A DNA stretch of 64,000 nucleotides from Oikopleura dioica (GCA_907165135.1 OU015569.1:5084001-5148000), one strand, 5' to 3'. Positions 11,434 to 25,929 are shown, numbered from the stretch's first letter. Notes: a model not told the origin generated them from the letters alone. A program made the numbers and translations.

Positions 11434-14281
11434 TCATTCGTTGCCTCTCATTCGCAACATTGGAGCCTGCTCTCCGAGATCACAGTTTTGCTCCTCTTCT
11501 TCTGACTCCTCAACCTCGGACTCGGATGAACACGTTATTGGCGGATGTGAGGTCGGTCCTTCCGGCTAGATGCGATCTTTACCGGACAATACTTGAGCAG
11601 GGACTTACAATTGTTTCTTGGTCGATGGGAATGATGTTGACCCTGTAGGTAAACTCAGCGCGCGTATCGGCCGCGGTTTCTGTTTGCACGGCGATAACGG
11701 AAGGTCCCTCCAGGGGCTCCTCGATTTTTGAATAAGTGTCCTCGTCCTGCTCTTGCTCGCTTCGAATTCGCAAATAAATCGCTCCGATTGCTGCAAAATG
11801 ATTATGGACACGCGAAAATTCTCCTTACCAATAGAAATCAAAAGCAATACGATGATGATGATCCACAACCACCAGTATCCCTCCTGTTCTTTTACTCTGT
11901 AAAAACGGCACTGATTGAATTCGGAGTCCTGTGAGTTAAGGGTTCTGTGAACTTCTTCAGCTGCCGCCTCGAAAATTCGGAATGATCGATTCATGATTGT
12001 TTTATCCGCATCATGGAAGATATCGTAACATGCCTTAATTCTTGGTCTTGAAAATTGAATAAAATATAATTCATACGATGTATTCTCCACCAATCGGATC
12101 TTTGACAAACCGGGAAGCTAATGGAGGATCGACTCCAAGTCGGTTTACGCCGTTTCTGAAATTGTTAATATATTATGGAATTGAAAGAGTGTACTTACGT
12201 GAGCTTTTCTTCTGAAGAATCATCGAGTCGCGTGAATTTGTGAGCATTCTGGTGCCACTTGAAGAAGATTATTGAATTGGCGCCAACTCGATGACCAGAG
12301 AAGGGATTCTCCACTGCCAGCCACTTTCCACCAACTCCTTCTTTTCCGTCTTCAATCGTTGGTTTTCCTCCGGCTTTCTGGATCTCCAAAACGGGAACGA
12401 AGAACTCTGCCTTTTTGTAGCTCTCACCGGGAATAGAAACTACTGCAACGTATCGCTCGTTTGGGGATAAAAAGACTCTTCCAGAAGGTTCCGCATTGAT
12501 TTCACTTTTAGAGCGTTCGAGTTTCTTCACGAGGCTACCTCCACTAAGCTTTTCGTTTGGAGAGGCAGGATACCAGGTGACCTCGAGTTGATCATTTGAG
12601 TTCGCTTCTTTGGGCTTAGAACATAAATTGACTCTCTTGATATGTTTTTACATAAAAATATTGATTTTTACGTAACAAATACCAAGAATAATCCGACTTA
12701 TGTGAATTAATACAGAGATGGAATTATCGCGTTATTTTCCGGCGGCACCGGCAAGGTACGGCCAACCCGAATACACGTGCCGCGGTGCCGTGCCGTGCCG
12801 CTCATATTTCTATCCCTGATTATAGATTTTAAGCCCATTTCTGGAATACAGTCAACTTCGACTGGATGACTTATTCTCAAGAGATTATTAGGTTTGACCC
12901 GACATTCAAACTCTGGGAAACGGGTAAGAGCTAGTGGAAACTGCTGGATGACCTCCTCGTCATTAAGCGAGTTCTTTGCAGCGCAGGTGATGGTCATTCT
13001 GCAAACGCGCCTTTTGCTACTTGAGCATTTGATGATTTCCTTTTCCAACTCGGACAAGGATGGAATCATTGTCACATGTGACTCTTGGCCGGGGTCGTAT
13101 CCGTTTGCTTTGCAGGCAATGTTCTGGACATCAGAGCCACTGATATCAAGAACGTCGCCTAGTTCTTCGTCATCTTTGACGAGGTAGACAGAGGACACGG
13201 GGTGGATGACTTTTATCACGTCCCGTGGGGGGTAGTGACGTTCGTAGCTTTTTGTAACGACTTCATGATTATCCCCAGCGAGCTTTTTGTCATAGGTCAA
13301 AAGTAATCACATGTAATCTGTGTTTTTGAATGACTGATAATTTTGCTAAGATAACTGATAAATCTATAAAATAGAGTGTATCGTTTCAAGACTTCTACAG
13401 AGCTTGACCCTATGTGCCTGATAAGTAACAACGCATTTAAATTTATGAAGATGGAACTCAGAAGACAAGTGAATCTTGAGTGGAAGATCGACCTCTTTTG
13501 TACCATGCTTTCCAAGCTCATTATCGAAATCAACGAAGAAGTCTTCGAAATCGTCAGATCTGATCGTGTTGATGTCGATAGTTCTGATTCGGTTTCCGGC
13601 CTTGTCTTCAATCACCCAGCTGATTTCAGGCTCTGGTGAAGCGTATCCGCTACGACACATTGCGATTTCAGTAATCTGACTTGATAATTGATTCTCGTGG
13701 AAGGTAAACTCTTCGTTGTCCCGCTGGTCGGCAACTTTGAATACGTCGGGTCGTCGCTGTGACTCTGGTGGTGCTGAGAAAACTAGAAGTTTCGTGTCTT
13801 GGAAGTCTTCCCCTTGTTCGTGTGTAATTGCGCAGGAGAAGAATGCTGCATCGTCCATGGTTAGAGGAGCCCTGGTTACAAGAAGATCTCCTGTTGCCCT
13901 GTCGAAGTCGTAGCCAGCTTCTTTGATGTCGGTTTTTGGCTTATTCTCACTGTGGAAGTTCATTTATGAATTCAGCTATTTAGTTATCATATGAGTCTAA
14001 TTCGGAAGCTAATATAAGAGCCGTCATGAACGGGGCCTGAAAATCACGAGTCTCTCGGGAGAAGGTACTTGACCATTCAATGTGCGAACACTCCACTCAA
14101 TCTTTTGAAAGCCCTTGAATCGTTTGATGTTCTCCGCTGCAGTTGGTGTGCACGTGATTCTAGCGCTCGTCTCTCCGAGATTCGCTGCATATGTGACTCT
14201 TTCATAGACGGTGGCACTCGCCAATTGGGAAAGAAAAATCAACCGAAACGACAAACGAAATAACTCAACAAGCACATTCAT
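11434..14281 (-). CDS. Ig-superfamily type I membrane protein (paralogue A)
   Basis: Signal peptide MNVLVELFRLSFRLIFLSQLASA; Ig motifs ITC..IEW..DDAAFFSC, AMCRSGYASPEPEISW..FKCVV, IACKANGY..ITCAAKN; TM WWLWIIIIVLLLISIAIGAIYL; acidic tail, stop 11434-11436. Confidence 0.8.
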
Positions 14282-15019
14282 GATTACGATCGTCTACCGT
14301 CTGAATAGAAGCGGCTTTATGTACTGGAATGTTTAAAAAAATCAAACTGTGCGCAAGTGTCTCTGCAAAACTTCTTCGTGCCGATCAATTTTCAAACAGC
14401 TGAGATGTTCTTCGTCTAATACTTAACCTGTCAATTTAAGATTTTACGATAAAGTAGCCTCTCCAATTTTCAACGATAATTAATAGGCGAAAACTGAGTG
14501 AGAAAATTTACGGAAAAACTCATTTTGCTTTCAGAAATTCTAATTATCGTCTGAATAAATAAATCATAACACCTTTCAGAACACCTTTTTCTAGTTCGAA
14601 CGTTTTCTTTTTCTGCAACAAACACCTGCTATCACAAGTTCTAAGTTCACCAAAGATAATGAGTCTTCTCATTATATTCTTTTTTTTTCACCAATCAAAT
14701 TAATAAAATCACCAAACAAACTGACAAACCGTAGCATCAGAGATGCGGTGCATATTGTACTATATTTTACATTGCAAGCACACGGATTCGATGATTTTTT
14801 GTTTCGTAGAAGTTGAATGTACATTTGAGCTTTTAGTCGACAATGTCGCTGTTTTTTTTTCTTTTTGAGCGATTGCCGGGATTCGTTGTTTGAGGAGTTG
14901 GAGGTGGAGGAGGACAATTTTAGGCGGTGCGGTCGGATCGGGTTAGAATGATACTGTAACTGTTCGGGTAAGGATCAATTATCTGCGTCTTTTCAAGTTT
15001 GGCAACAGAAAGAAGGTTC

Positions 15020-17733
15020 TTAGGCGCTCGCCTGCTGCACGAATGGCTAGAAAAATGTGTTAAATGATAGATCACCAATAAATGGGAATGACTAAAGCGC
15101 ATTTAATTGCTCTACGTATTTCCCGAAAAATATGTACCGTGGTTTCATCGGCAGTTGGAGACTCATCATTCGTAAAGTCGCATCTGGCATCAGAATTAAG
15201 TCGGTGAGAGTGGGTTCGTTCGACGGCTTGCACTTCGGGACCTTGCTCGGGACCGCCAGCAATTTCTTTAACATCTGGATCACATTTTTCGGTGTCGTCT
15301 TCTGCTAGGATTTATAAATAATCGCCAAAAAGATGACTTACCTTCTCCTTCATCTTTGGCGCAGCAATGTTTCCAGATGCAGTAAATGATCAGAGCGAGA
15401 AGCAGCAAAATGGGAATAAAGAGCAAGCCCATGAGGTTACCAGTGTCTAGGAATGAGTTTTCGTAGAAGCGGCAGAAGTCGGCGTGGTCTCGATGTAAAT
15501 CATTCTTTACATCTTCGAAAGTAGCTCCGGTGTACTTGTTTTCGTCAACACTGTTGGAGAAATCGTAGCAAAGCTTAAAAAAACAGTTCGACACTATAGT
15601 AAAATATGCAAAATATTTTTTGAATTTAATCTGTGATATACGTACAACATATTTTCCTCCGTCTTCTGGTTGAGGATCGACAATAACGTGGAATCGCTCG
15701 GTTTCCCTCTGATCAACCACTTCTCCATCAATTGGGATAAGCTTTTGTTGAGTCTCGTCATAGTAATATGCTTCAACTTGATCATCTGGCTCTCCGAATG
15801 GCCTTATGAAAAGATTATAAACTGAGCCGAAAAAAACAACAACTTACATGTTTTCGAACCAAGCTTCAATAGGGAACTCTTGATCTACTGGCACACTGCC
15901 GTCTCTTCCCGATGGGAGAGTCGCGTAATTGTATAGAGTTTCTGTGTTTCCTTCCGAATCAGTTACTTCCAAGGTAGACACAGCTACGGTGAATGGCTTT
16001 TCTAAATATCGATATTGGTTTCAATGCTTAGAAAATGGATTTCTTATCGCTTTGTCAGAGATGTCAATTAATACTTACGGTTATCTTCTGGATTGATGAC
16101 GTGGGTATTTGCATCTCCAGCTGGAGTCGCTTTGACACAGTTAGCTTCCAAGTACTCAAACATGTCTCTGTTTTCTTTAGTTCCCTTTGCCTGCTTCTTT
16201 GGCAGTTGATCGCATTTGTATACAGCCGAGCCTTTTTTCGCGTCTGCCGGCGAACTATCAGCAGTAACTTCAACCTTGAGACCGCCATGGCTTTGTGTAG
16301 CTGTTGGATCGCTTAGACCTTAAGATTGTCATGAAAAGCAAAGAGTGCAAAACTAAGCAAACTTACTGGCTTGAGTAAAGATAAATGATTTTTCCACCCA
16401 ATTGCCTTCGTTTTGACCGTTTCGAGCTTTGCAGCCAAATTCAATGTTGGCTCCAGCGTCGTTTCGGCTTGGAACAACCTCGTTATCGCTCTCATTGTCA
16501 TAACCATCAGAGGTGCAATCGAGCTCTGGCTCGCCATAGGTCGTATCGAGCACACCAGCTTGTACGGACGCACCATTTACGAGAATTTCAACATTCTTCA
16601 CGGGATCTGAGATTTGAATTGAGAAAGAGATTTTGACCATGGGAACTTACGCAGAACTCGAACGAGTTTATTGTCTGCTGGCCATCTTGTACTCTTGGGG
16701 AGTTCTTTGAGAATACCATTTCTTGCTTCTTTGTAGATTGCTACGCATTCAAAATGCGCCTTGTCGAAGTCAGAGTTGATTCCGCCAAAGCCATCTGCTG
16801 TAAAAGCTAATGGAAGAGTAGTAGTTTGCAAAGCTCGTTGATCTTTCTTGTCCATTACATAGTCTAAAATCAGGATATTCTCGACTCATAAAGACAGATG
16901 CTACCATTAGTTTTGCCACAGAAGTTGCTGTCATCGCCACCTTTGCAAGCGCTGAAGACGGATGAGTCACTGATTTCGGCGCCGCTTTCGTCAAGCGCGC
17001 GCCACCTCAGGATCGCCGCATCGGGACCGGCTTCGCGCGATTCACATTCGGCGATGTCGTAGTGGATTCCTTCTGGGTATTCCATGCCACCCTTTGGGCC
17101 GAATTTCTTGTCTAAATAATAATGTCAAGATCTTGAATTTTCATAAGAAACAAGAGAGACTTACGTCTGACAAATGGGGTCAAGTCGTTTTTGTCCAGCA
17201 AGTAGTTGACTTTAAATTTGTATGAGTAATCGACAGGGTCGGATCCTTTGTTAACGGAGCATCTGTAGAAACCAGCGTCTTCTGGCGTGAATTCGCTACC
17301 CTCAGCTTTTTGGATGGAAAGAGAGCCATCATCATTGATACTGAACCCATCGATCTTCGACTCTTTCCTATTGTCTCCATTCTCGCGGATAAGTTCTGCG
17401 ACTTCTTCTGTTCCGCCTATTTGGTTATCCGCAGTAATGGACGTCTTGAACCAGCTGATGTGGGTGACATCGTCCACCGAGTCGATTTGCCCGCATGGAA
17501 CTCGTGCCGATTCATCGTAGTTGTTAACCCAGTAGTCGTCCGCGGCAAATGCTAAACAAATTCATCAAAAAAACATCTTCAAAATGGAATTCTTCTTTTC
17601 AAGTACAGTTTTTCTTAGAAATCCTAGATTTAGATATCTTTTATAAAGGGATCTATAAACTGAACGTTCAAAAGAAATCAACATTTTTAGTTAACGACTT
17701 ACCAGAGACCGCTAAAGTTGGTAAAAGCTTCAT
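15020..17733 (-). CDS. Ig-superfamily type I membrane protein (paralogue B)
   Basis: Signal MKLLPTLAVS|AFAA; Ig motifs VPC..ISW..DAGFYRCSV, AEC..LRW..FECVA, LDCTSDGY..FGCKARN; TM LMGLLFIPILLLLALIIYCIW; stop 15020-15022. Confidence 0.8.
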
Positions 17734-20700
17734 ATCTTTGCTATTTTCGTCTTTGTATGCCAGATAGTTTTTCCTCTCTCGATTTCTGTTTCAGTCTAAA
17801 ATTGTCGGATCTCTTGAATTGATGTTTTGTTAAAGAAAACAAAAATAATTGTTTCAGGCGGAGCTGTGGAATTTTACAACTTGCTCGAATAGTAAAATTC
17901 GCTGAACTTGGCTCGCGATTACACTTGCCGCGGCTAATTTTCTTTAATTGCGGGATTTGGATAATCCGAGCACACTTTTTCACGGTTGAACACTTAAGAT
18001 ACGAATTCTAGCTTTGCAGATTATCATAAGCGATCAGTTTAGAGTGGTCTTATTACAAGCAATAATAGTAGGAAGCTAAACTTTCTTGCTAATCTAAGAA
18101 ATCTTCCTTGTTTTCAAGAATCCGAATTCCAGAACTGAAATCAAAAATTCACATAAAAAGTGTGTATAGCTCTAAACTTGTCGAACAAGTAGCCCTTTGA
18201 TGGTGCGCGTAAAACGTTCAATTGGGGAAAACGCTGGAATCGCGCCAACCTTGAGAATTTTAGAATACACGGATTTTATCTCGCCTTTCAGAAATCCGAG
18301 CTGTGGATTATTCTCCTGAGCATTGTTCAGAACTTGTTCGATTCTTTAAATACAGATATCTCTTTTTACGATCCTATTTATTGAACAAGAATTAAAAAAA
18401 TAATAAAAAACGCTGATGACAAAGCACGATTTTGCTTCTCCATGCATGTTCTTCAAAACTCTAGTAATCTTCAGCAAAAAAAGTTACATCTCAATGGGGC
18501 TTTACGTTTCTAGGAGGCAAATTGATGAACCGAGGGAATCGTAAAAAAGTACCCAGCGCAGTCGAGCACGACAAAAAACGGCTTTACGAGGCAAACCCTC
18601 CCGAATATCTATTTTACAGCTCGCGCGGTATAAAAAAGTGACGAGTGTCTCCCAAAAAATGGGGTTCAACGAAGGTTCCGCTTCCGGAAGATTTCCAAAA
18701 ACGACGCTTCTTGAACGATTGCTTTTTCCAAAAGATCATTTTTCGGAAACACATTCGATCAAAATTGTCAATTTATTGAAGGGAAAAAGGACCACACGCA
18801 AATATTGGTGGTTTTATTAGAAGAAATATTTAATAAGAATTTTCATTCTGCAATTTGTGCAGATTAATGGTTTACCATCATAAATTACTAGTTTGATGTA
18901 TGGCTATTATTAAGCGTCCCGTTTTTATCATTTTAACGACTCGTGCGATAATTAGCCTGGGCAGATTCCTTTCGCTAATAATAATCAGACGACTTTGTTA
19001 TCCTTATCGCCTATTGTACCTAGAATGAGTCACTCTTGTGATTTTGGCGCAAGAATTTCGTTTATGGAGCGAGCTACTGGCGCGCAGACTCATGCCAAGT
19101 ATTCAAAAACTGCTACTAAAGCGATTCTAGTTATAGCCATTATGGACAACATCTGCTGTATCTGGACAGAATTCCGGACTCATAAAATCTTGACCTTCGC
19201 CGACCTTCGTTCGGGTCATTTTCTGATTTGAAGATGTTCAAAATAGAAACACTATTCTAGGTTTCCGGAAAATTTATATTGACAGCTATTTACAATCTTG
19301 GAAAAGCGATGGCAACTTTGGGGCAATTAAAGGGGCCAATTTCAGGCTTAGATGGATGCGCAGCCAAGAGGCCAATTAAAGTGACATCCTTAAATAGCTT
19401 AGTGTTTTCTAGCTGCTCAGAGTTCGGCATAGATTCAAGAAAACATCAGAATCATGATTCTAAGTAGATCATTTTGGTAATCTAAACTGTCTTCCTCCTC
19501 CCTTTCTGTTTCCTTTACTTTAGGTTAAATATGTAAACCACCTCTTCTAGGCTCAAGAAGAAAACTCTGTGTAATAAAATTTATCACTTGGATAAGCTCT
19601 TAATACGAAATCATCTGTACGATAAATCTCCTAAAATAGCTCTGGAACTTCTCTGGAATCCATGAAACAAAAAATAGATCTGTCGCCGACTGCTGATAAT
19701 GAAAATAAGGGGCTCTATTTTGTGTGGATTTACGAGGGTAAATGGCGGCACTGGAGCAGAAAATACTTTTACTCTCAGAATCATCTTTTTTATATAAACG
19801 TTCTTTTACGAGCGAACTTGTGAATTTTACATTACATTTCAACTAATCATTATTGAGTGTAGCCGCTACGCAAGAAGTTGTTTATATAAAAACATTCTTG
19901 AACTCTTTTGAATATAACGACTCCTCGAAATTCGCTAAAACACTAAAAGGAAAATTTTAAAATATTTAATTTAGAAAACGCTTCTTTGCTTAAAATAAAA
20001 GTCGAGACTGCAGCTCCATGCTCCTTGATTAGAGGAATTTCGAGAAACCTCGCCTAATGCTTCGTCCTTGTGGGTGTATTTTCAGAATGTCGTTCTTTTC
20101 TCTGAGTAGAGGTTGACTGATCATTCGACGATTTCTGAATTTTCATTTCGATTTCAAGAAAATGGAATTGACGTCGCCGTTGGGCGGAGCGCAACTCGGC
20201 GGAATGTCGCTCCCTTTTTTTAAACTCTGAAACTATTATTAACATGAGCGGCCCTAATTACTGTATTGTTTGTTGTCTGAGACAATTTAATAGAGCATTA
20301 GGTCAGAGGATAATGAAAAAAAATATCTGAGTCTTCTAAATCACAACTTTTTACCGTCAAAATTTTCAGAACAAGATTTGACAAGGAAGCAGGAATGATC
20401 GTTTGTTGAGATTTCTCTATCTTGCTCTTTGAATTCTTCCTAACCATTGACGATTCTAGTGTTGTGTAGTGGCAGAATTCCAGGGCGAATTAAGCGCCGC
20501 TTTTCTGAATTATTCAACGCCTGGCACAAGCTACAATAACGCCCCAAAGGATTACTTACAACAAAAGGCACAACTATTTTTGTATTTTTTTCTTAATTTT
20601 TTATAGCAGCATTTTTCATTAACCCAGCGCTGCATCTAATTCTACTGTTGAATTACTTTGAATTTCAAAAGAAGACAAAGATAACGTTATAGCTTCTAAA

Positions 20701-22879
20701 AAGTATTTATGTGCTGATGAATGTCGCTGAGTATCTGGGCATCACCATATTTTGGCGCTAGAGTTTTCAAGTCTTTGCAAACCAAAAAAAGACGCACGAT
20801 TTGACTATCGACGATAGACTATCGACTATACTATTTAAAAGTCGTGCTTTTCAGCGTTCATCAAATTCCTGTTTTTTTTTCTTTTTTTCTGGGTAAAAAA
20901 GTTCTCTTTTCCAAAAACTAAAAAAATGATTCCCATTTTGCCGGTTTTTCGATAATCCGTGGTGAAGAGGCTTCCGGAAGAATGTGACTGTTTTTTGTTT
21001 GAAAAGAGAGATTTTCAGAAAAAAATGAGTACTCTTGGGCAGAGCGAGCAGAGTCTCAATGGAGCGCGTCACGTGCTCTCCTTTGTTCGCCGTTTTTCAA
21101 AAAATCAAATTCCGGAACGCCGTTTTTATGGTGAACCGGAGCGCGCAAAGGACTTCAACGCCAGAAACTGGTGATAAATGAAGCTCAAAGAGGCTCATCC
21201 CTCTTTTTTTCCTAAGAAAACAGAAAACTCCCAAGGCGAGAAGATTCCTTTTTACGAGTGATGAGAGCGATCAATCTCAAATTGGGAGCTGTCCTTGTTG
21301 ATTTCATGTTTTCGAAAATTTCGAAAACTAAAAAAACAGGATTCTCTTTTTTCTCATCAAATTTGATTTTCCAGTCTCAAGGTGCTCTGGCTCAGTAATT
21401 TTGAATTAAAAAGGGCCAAGTTCAAGAAACACACGCCGAAAATCACATCCGTGAAGAACAAGACAAAACGCACAACTGAACAACTGAAACTTTCTCAAAA
21501 AGACTCGTTGGACTCAATGCATCACGATTTTCTCTCCTTTTTTTGTTCAGGCTCTTGCATCGTCAGAAGCCCAGAATTATGATATTAATATTTGAAAAGT
21601 TTCATCAGCGTAAATTTTACACTTTCTCGTTTCAAATCCTATTCTCAACATTTTAAAATGCTCAATTCTTTCAATTACATAAAGCATATTTTCCTCATCT
21701 TTCAATTCCTCGCAACTACCCATGTGCCCGACCCGTATCTCCCGCAAGAAGTGACATAGGCAGATAATCATTCTCAGGGCTCCCAAAACATTTATAATAA
21801 AGTTGGATTCTCTAAATATTTCGCTGCTGGACGTTTTTGATTACGTATTTTTTGGAAAGTTTAGTAGATAGATTCAACTTGCTGAATATTCAATTTGTAG
21901 TTTTTGTTCTGAGCAACTGACAGTAAACAGCATTCCGAGAAGTGTAAAAAGAGAGTTCGCGTCGTCCTTTTTCCGTGCAGTTCTATTTCTGACCATTCAA
22001 ATTTCAAGCATTTTAACCGTGAAGCAGCGCCTGTCCCATTCCATTCTGACCTTTCCTTTTCACCATTTTAGCTTCAATAACACTCCAAACTCATTAACAT
22101 ATTGCACCAAATAAACAGAAATCGAACAGTCTCGAAGTCTCGAAGAGTGACTCTTATCTGAAGGTGTGTCAAGTGGTGGAGCCTTAGGCAGTCACGCGAA
22201 CTACTCCATACATTCCTTGTTTACGAAGATGTATATAGCCGAAATCCCTCGGAAAATGTCGATTTCTCCTCGTCTTGCTATGAAGGACACAGTAAAAAGC
22301 CTTTGTTTATTGAATATGCCGCTGTAAGATATATTTATAACGCTTGAAAAGTAATATGTAAACACTTGCTCAGAGAGAAATATTTTCAAGACCTTCCATC
22401 GATAGAATAAAAATTAAGGCGGACGGGTGAAAGGGGTATTTTCGGGCAAACGCAGCTTATTAAAGAAAATATGCCTTGCTTTCATATAATGTACATATAT
22501 ATAATAAGACGAAGTATAAATATATAAATTATATAAAAGGAGATAGATTTTTAGCCCAGTTAGCAGAGTATTACTGTAAAACGGATACAGTCAGAATAAA
22601 CAGTTTTGTTGGACGAAAAATTATTAAGACGCCAGAAAGAATATGAATCTTTAAAAGCTCGCTTGTTTGAACATGTTAAACTCGCCATCTTTAAAGAATT
22701 TAAGGATGTGGTAGAAAGGAAGCTGTGAACTTTTAAACTCGCTTGAGGGTAGATCATTTTTTGATGTTTGAATGGTGGTGTTTGGAAGGAAGTAGATTTT
22801 TACAAAAGAAACTTGGCAACAATTTACACAACTAGCGATGCTTTTTTGAGAATAGCTTCGCGAATATTAGGGGAGTTTT

Positions 22880-23685
22880 TTATTCTTTTTCTGGGGCTGC
22901 AGCAAGAATTGACAAGTTGCAAATCATCTGGAATCGGCTTTGCTCATCTTAAATCACATTTTAAATTGGCTCTTTTAGTAGACATAGAACTAACCAAGAG
23001 TCGCCATTTCGTTCCAGTACTGATTGATCAGCTCGACCCATTTGTGCCACTTGGGGTCGTCGGTGTTTTTGATCGAGAGAGGGGCAAACTTAGAGCTCGA
23101 GTTCGGCGAAAGCGGAGTTGGACTCTTGACGAGGATCGGGGAGTTGTTGCTTGGTTGTTGAGCGCTGGGCTGGGTTAGGTACGGGGCTGGAACGGAATAG
23201 TTAAACATCACTTGGGGACCAGTCGAACTCATCGTGGTGGGCGACAAGACCGCCGGCTGCTGGCTTGTTTGGTAGACGAACTGCTGCTGAGGAGGATTCG
23301 GCGCTTGGGCGAGCTGCATGGCGAACTGGCTCGGGCTCATCACTTGTGGTGGACTTTGATTGGCACTAGGCGGGTACGCGGGCAACGGAGGCAAGCCCTG
23401 TCCGTGGTACCCTCCTTGGTAGCCTCCCGGATGATTGGTAGCATTGGTGACGGCTTGCGGATTAAGATTCGCAGATTGCAGATGCTGCTGTTGCGGAGTC
23501 GCATTTTGCTGCAGGCCTTGAGGTGATTGCAAATTCTGGAGGTGAGCAGGGTGAACGGGCTGACATTCGCCATTTCCAAGATTGAAACGCACCGAGTTCC
23601 GTCGATCGCGTCCATGATGCGAGCCACTGTAATCGTGCTCTAAGGACGCGCTCTGGCGCAGGACGGAGCGAACTGGCCCAGACAT
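22880..23685 (-). CDS. Orphan Pro/Gln/Ser-rich protein with short C-terminal helical domain
   Basis: Long first exon MSGPVRSVLRQSASLEHD...; GT-AG intron after MATL; final exon DEQSRFQMICNLSILAAAPEKE*. No family recognised. Confidence 0.7.
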
Positions 23686-24699
23686 TTTCGGTCGAGTTTT
23701 TTGGATGGTGTTAGCTTTGCAATCGTAAAATCGAATTCGCCTTGGCAAATGACTGAGTCAGTGGCGAATGAGTTGTGCTTCCACGTGCGCGACTTCCTCT
23801 TCTCCAAGTTACTGAAAATAATGGTAAAGCTAACTCGTCAATTTTTAAGAGAATATTAAGCTTAGCAAAATATTAAAACCATAAAGAATACTAACAAATT
23901 AATCAATTGCTGTGAAGAGCGTTACGCAAAAATTGTCCGCTGATTATGCTCCCTGCAATTAGAGTACCTGCAATTAGTGGTCCACCATCCTCGACTAGCG
24001 AGATCTCTCCGTGTTCTCAATCTTGCTTCTTTATTGTTTGAAAAATTCGTTTTCCCGCGAGAGTTTCTCTTTTTCGCCGAGAACTAGCCGATTTTTATTC
24101 TCCCGTCCATTTGTTTGCGCCGCGACTGGGAGCTCCTTAGAGGTGGCACTCTGGAGGGCTCCCTCGCCTTCACGTTTTCTCTCGCTCTCGCTCTCTCTCT
24201 CCCGCTAAGAGAGCTAGCTATCTCAGTAGCACACGGAGGAGGAACCTTAACACACTGCTGGCTAACACACTGAGCTAGCACCACCCCCAAGAACCACACC
24301 AAAAGCCGTTGCCAGCCGGAGGCGCGACCGATTTTAAAATCAACGAAACGACAGATCGCTTAAGGATCTATCACGCTTGAATTACCAGCTCGGCGAGCTT
24401 TTGGGTTAGCACCGCGCAGCTTTTTTTTATGACGATACACGTTACATTATGATTATTGTTTTTCCTAGTGTCTTTTTTTTTGCGAGAAATAATAAATGGA
24501 GCGCGAGCAGTTGAATTATAATTTTTATGACTGAATTAAAACTGCGAAGTTTGAATTTACAGATGGAGGCTGTACCCTCGAGTGGCCACTTCAAGTGTTT
24601 TTTTTCTTTTCTGATGAAAAATCTACGTTTTTTTTTGACATTAGATTATGCAGAGTCAGACAGATTTGAGGGTTACAACTTATAAGTTTAAAAAAAACT

Positions 24700-25929
24700 G
24701 ATAAACAATGAATCATGAAAACAAAATCTACTAATTGAATGTTTTATGAATGTTTCAATTCGTCTTTTTTTTTGTTTCGGCCGGAGGCGAGTGTGTCACG
24801 AGAAGCTCGCTCGTTTTTTTGTTCGTCAAGGAGCTTAGACGCCATTGAAGCTGCTCGTTGACTTTTTCCAGTATGATGATTTACGAATGGAATGTTCAAT
24901 TCCGAAAATGAGGACTGGAGAATTCAGCTTCTTGGAGAAATGAACTTACAGCTGGTTTAAAAGTCTCAAAAGACATTTTAGTGCTCGTAAAATTCTAAAT
25001 CTTTGATTTATCGTCCAGACGCTTTTTTAAAGCCTTCTTGTCGGCTGATTTTAATTGAAGTATAAATGTAAGAGGCTTTAGAGAGAATACGCAATTAAAC
25101 TGGGCCAACCTTCTTAATGGTAACGAGGTCGAACAGCGATAACCCGGAGAATACCATCGGCCCTTGATCGATGGCCTTTGATTCGGTCACTACGAACTTG
25201 AACTTTTAAAAAGACTAAAGAGAAGGCGATTAACTTGATTTCAAGCTTTTGAAAAGATTAACCTTTAATTTTTTTTTTCCAAATAAATTAGTTCGCGATT
25301 CAAAAAATATAATAAAAATAAGATTGTTGATCAGAAGTTCTAGTAAGGCGACACTCCCCAATCTACGGCGTCTGATTTCCCAGTAAATAACTGTAAATCT
25401 ACAATTCAAAAGCTCACAAGGTCAAATTGAGTGCAAATATCGCTCGGCATTTCAAATAGAATCTAAAAATTATTCGAGATGGTACAGAAGCGCCGCGTAT
25501 TATTATTGCATTGATAAATAAAACACGTTCATTCTCAAGGTTAATGTCGCAAATCGGGGTAATTTGGAATGAGGCATTCGACGTCTCCTGCTTCTTTCAA
25601 GACGGCTTTATACAGTCTTCTTCACAGAGAGAGCTTCAACAGGAAGTCTGGCAGTCCAATAAACACACTTGATTTGTCGAAAATTCGCTTGCTTGCCTGA
25701 AAAGAAACTAGTAAGAACCGGGTTATTTGAACGAGTCCTTTTATAGTTCATTAACCGCTTTTGGACATTCTCCCTGCCAAAACAAAAAACTAATAAACAA
25801 AGAAAAAAGGTCCCTATTCATTGCTATTGGTACTATTTTTTCCTGGCGGCTTTCCCGGCGAACTTTATTAAGGCTACTTTGGCAATCTTTCAGCGATTCC
25901 TGAGACATGATACTTTCGATTTTGTCCAA
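24700..25929 (-). CDS. Possible unidentified multi-exon gene downstream of the thymosin gene
   Basis: Open, protein-like segments MDKIESIMSQESLKDC (25929), KFVVTESKAIDQGPMVFSGLSLFDLVTIKK (~25100-25200) and SSFSELNIPF..KHS* (~24730-24920). A consistent splice path was not established. Confidence 0.3.

Noticed and set aside
20803-20833. GACTATCGAC short repeat and mini-hairpin
   Set aside because: Too short, with no element boundaries.
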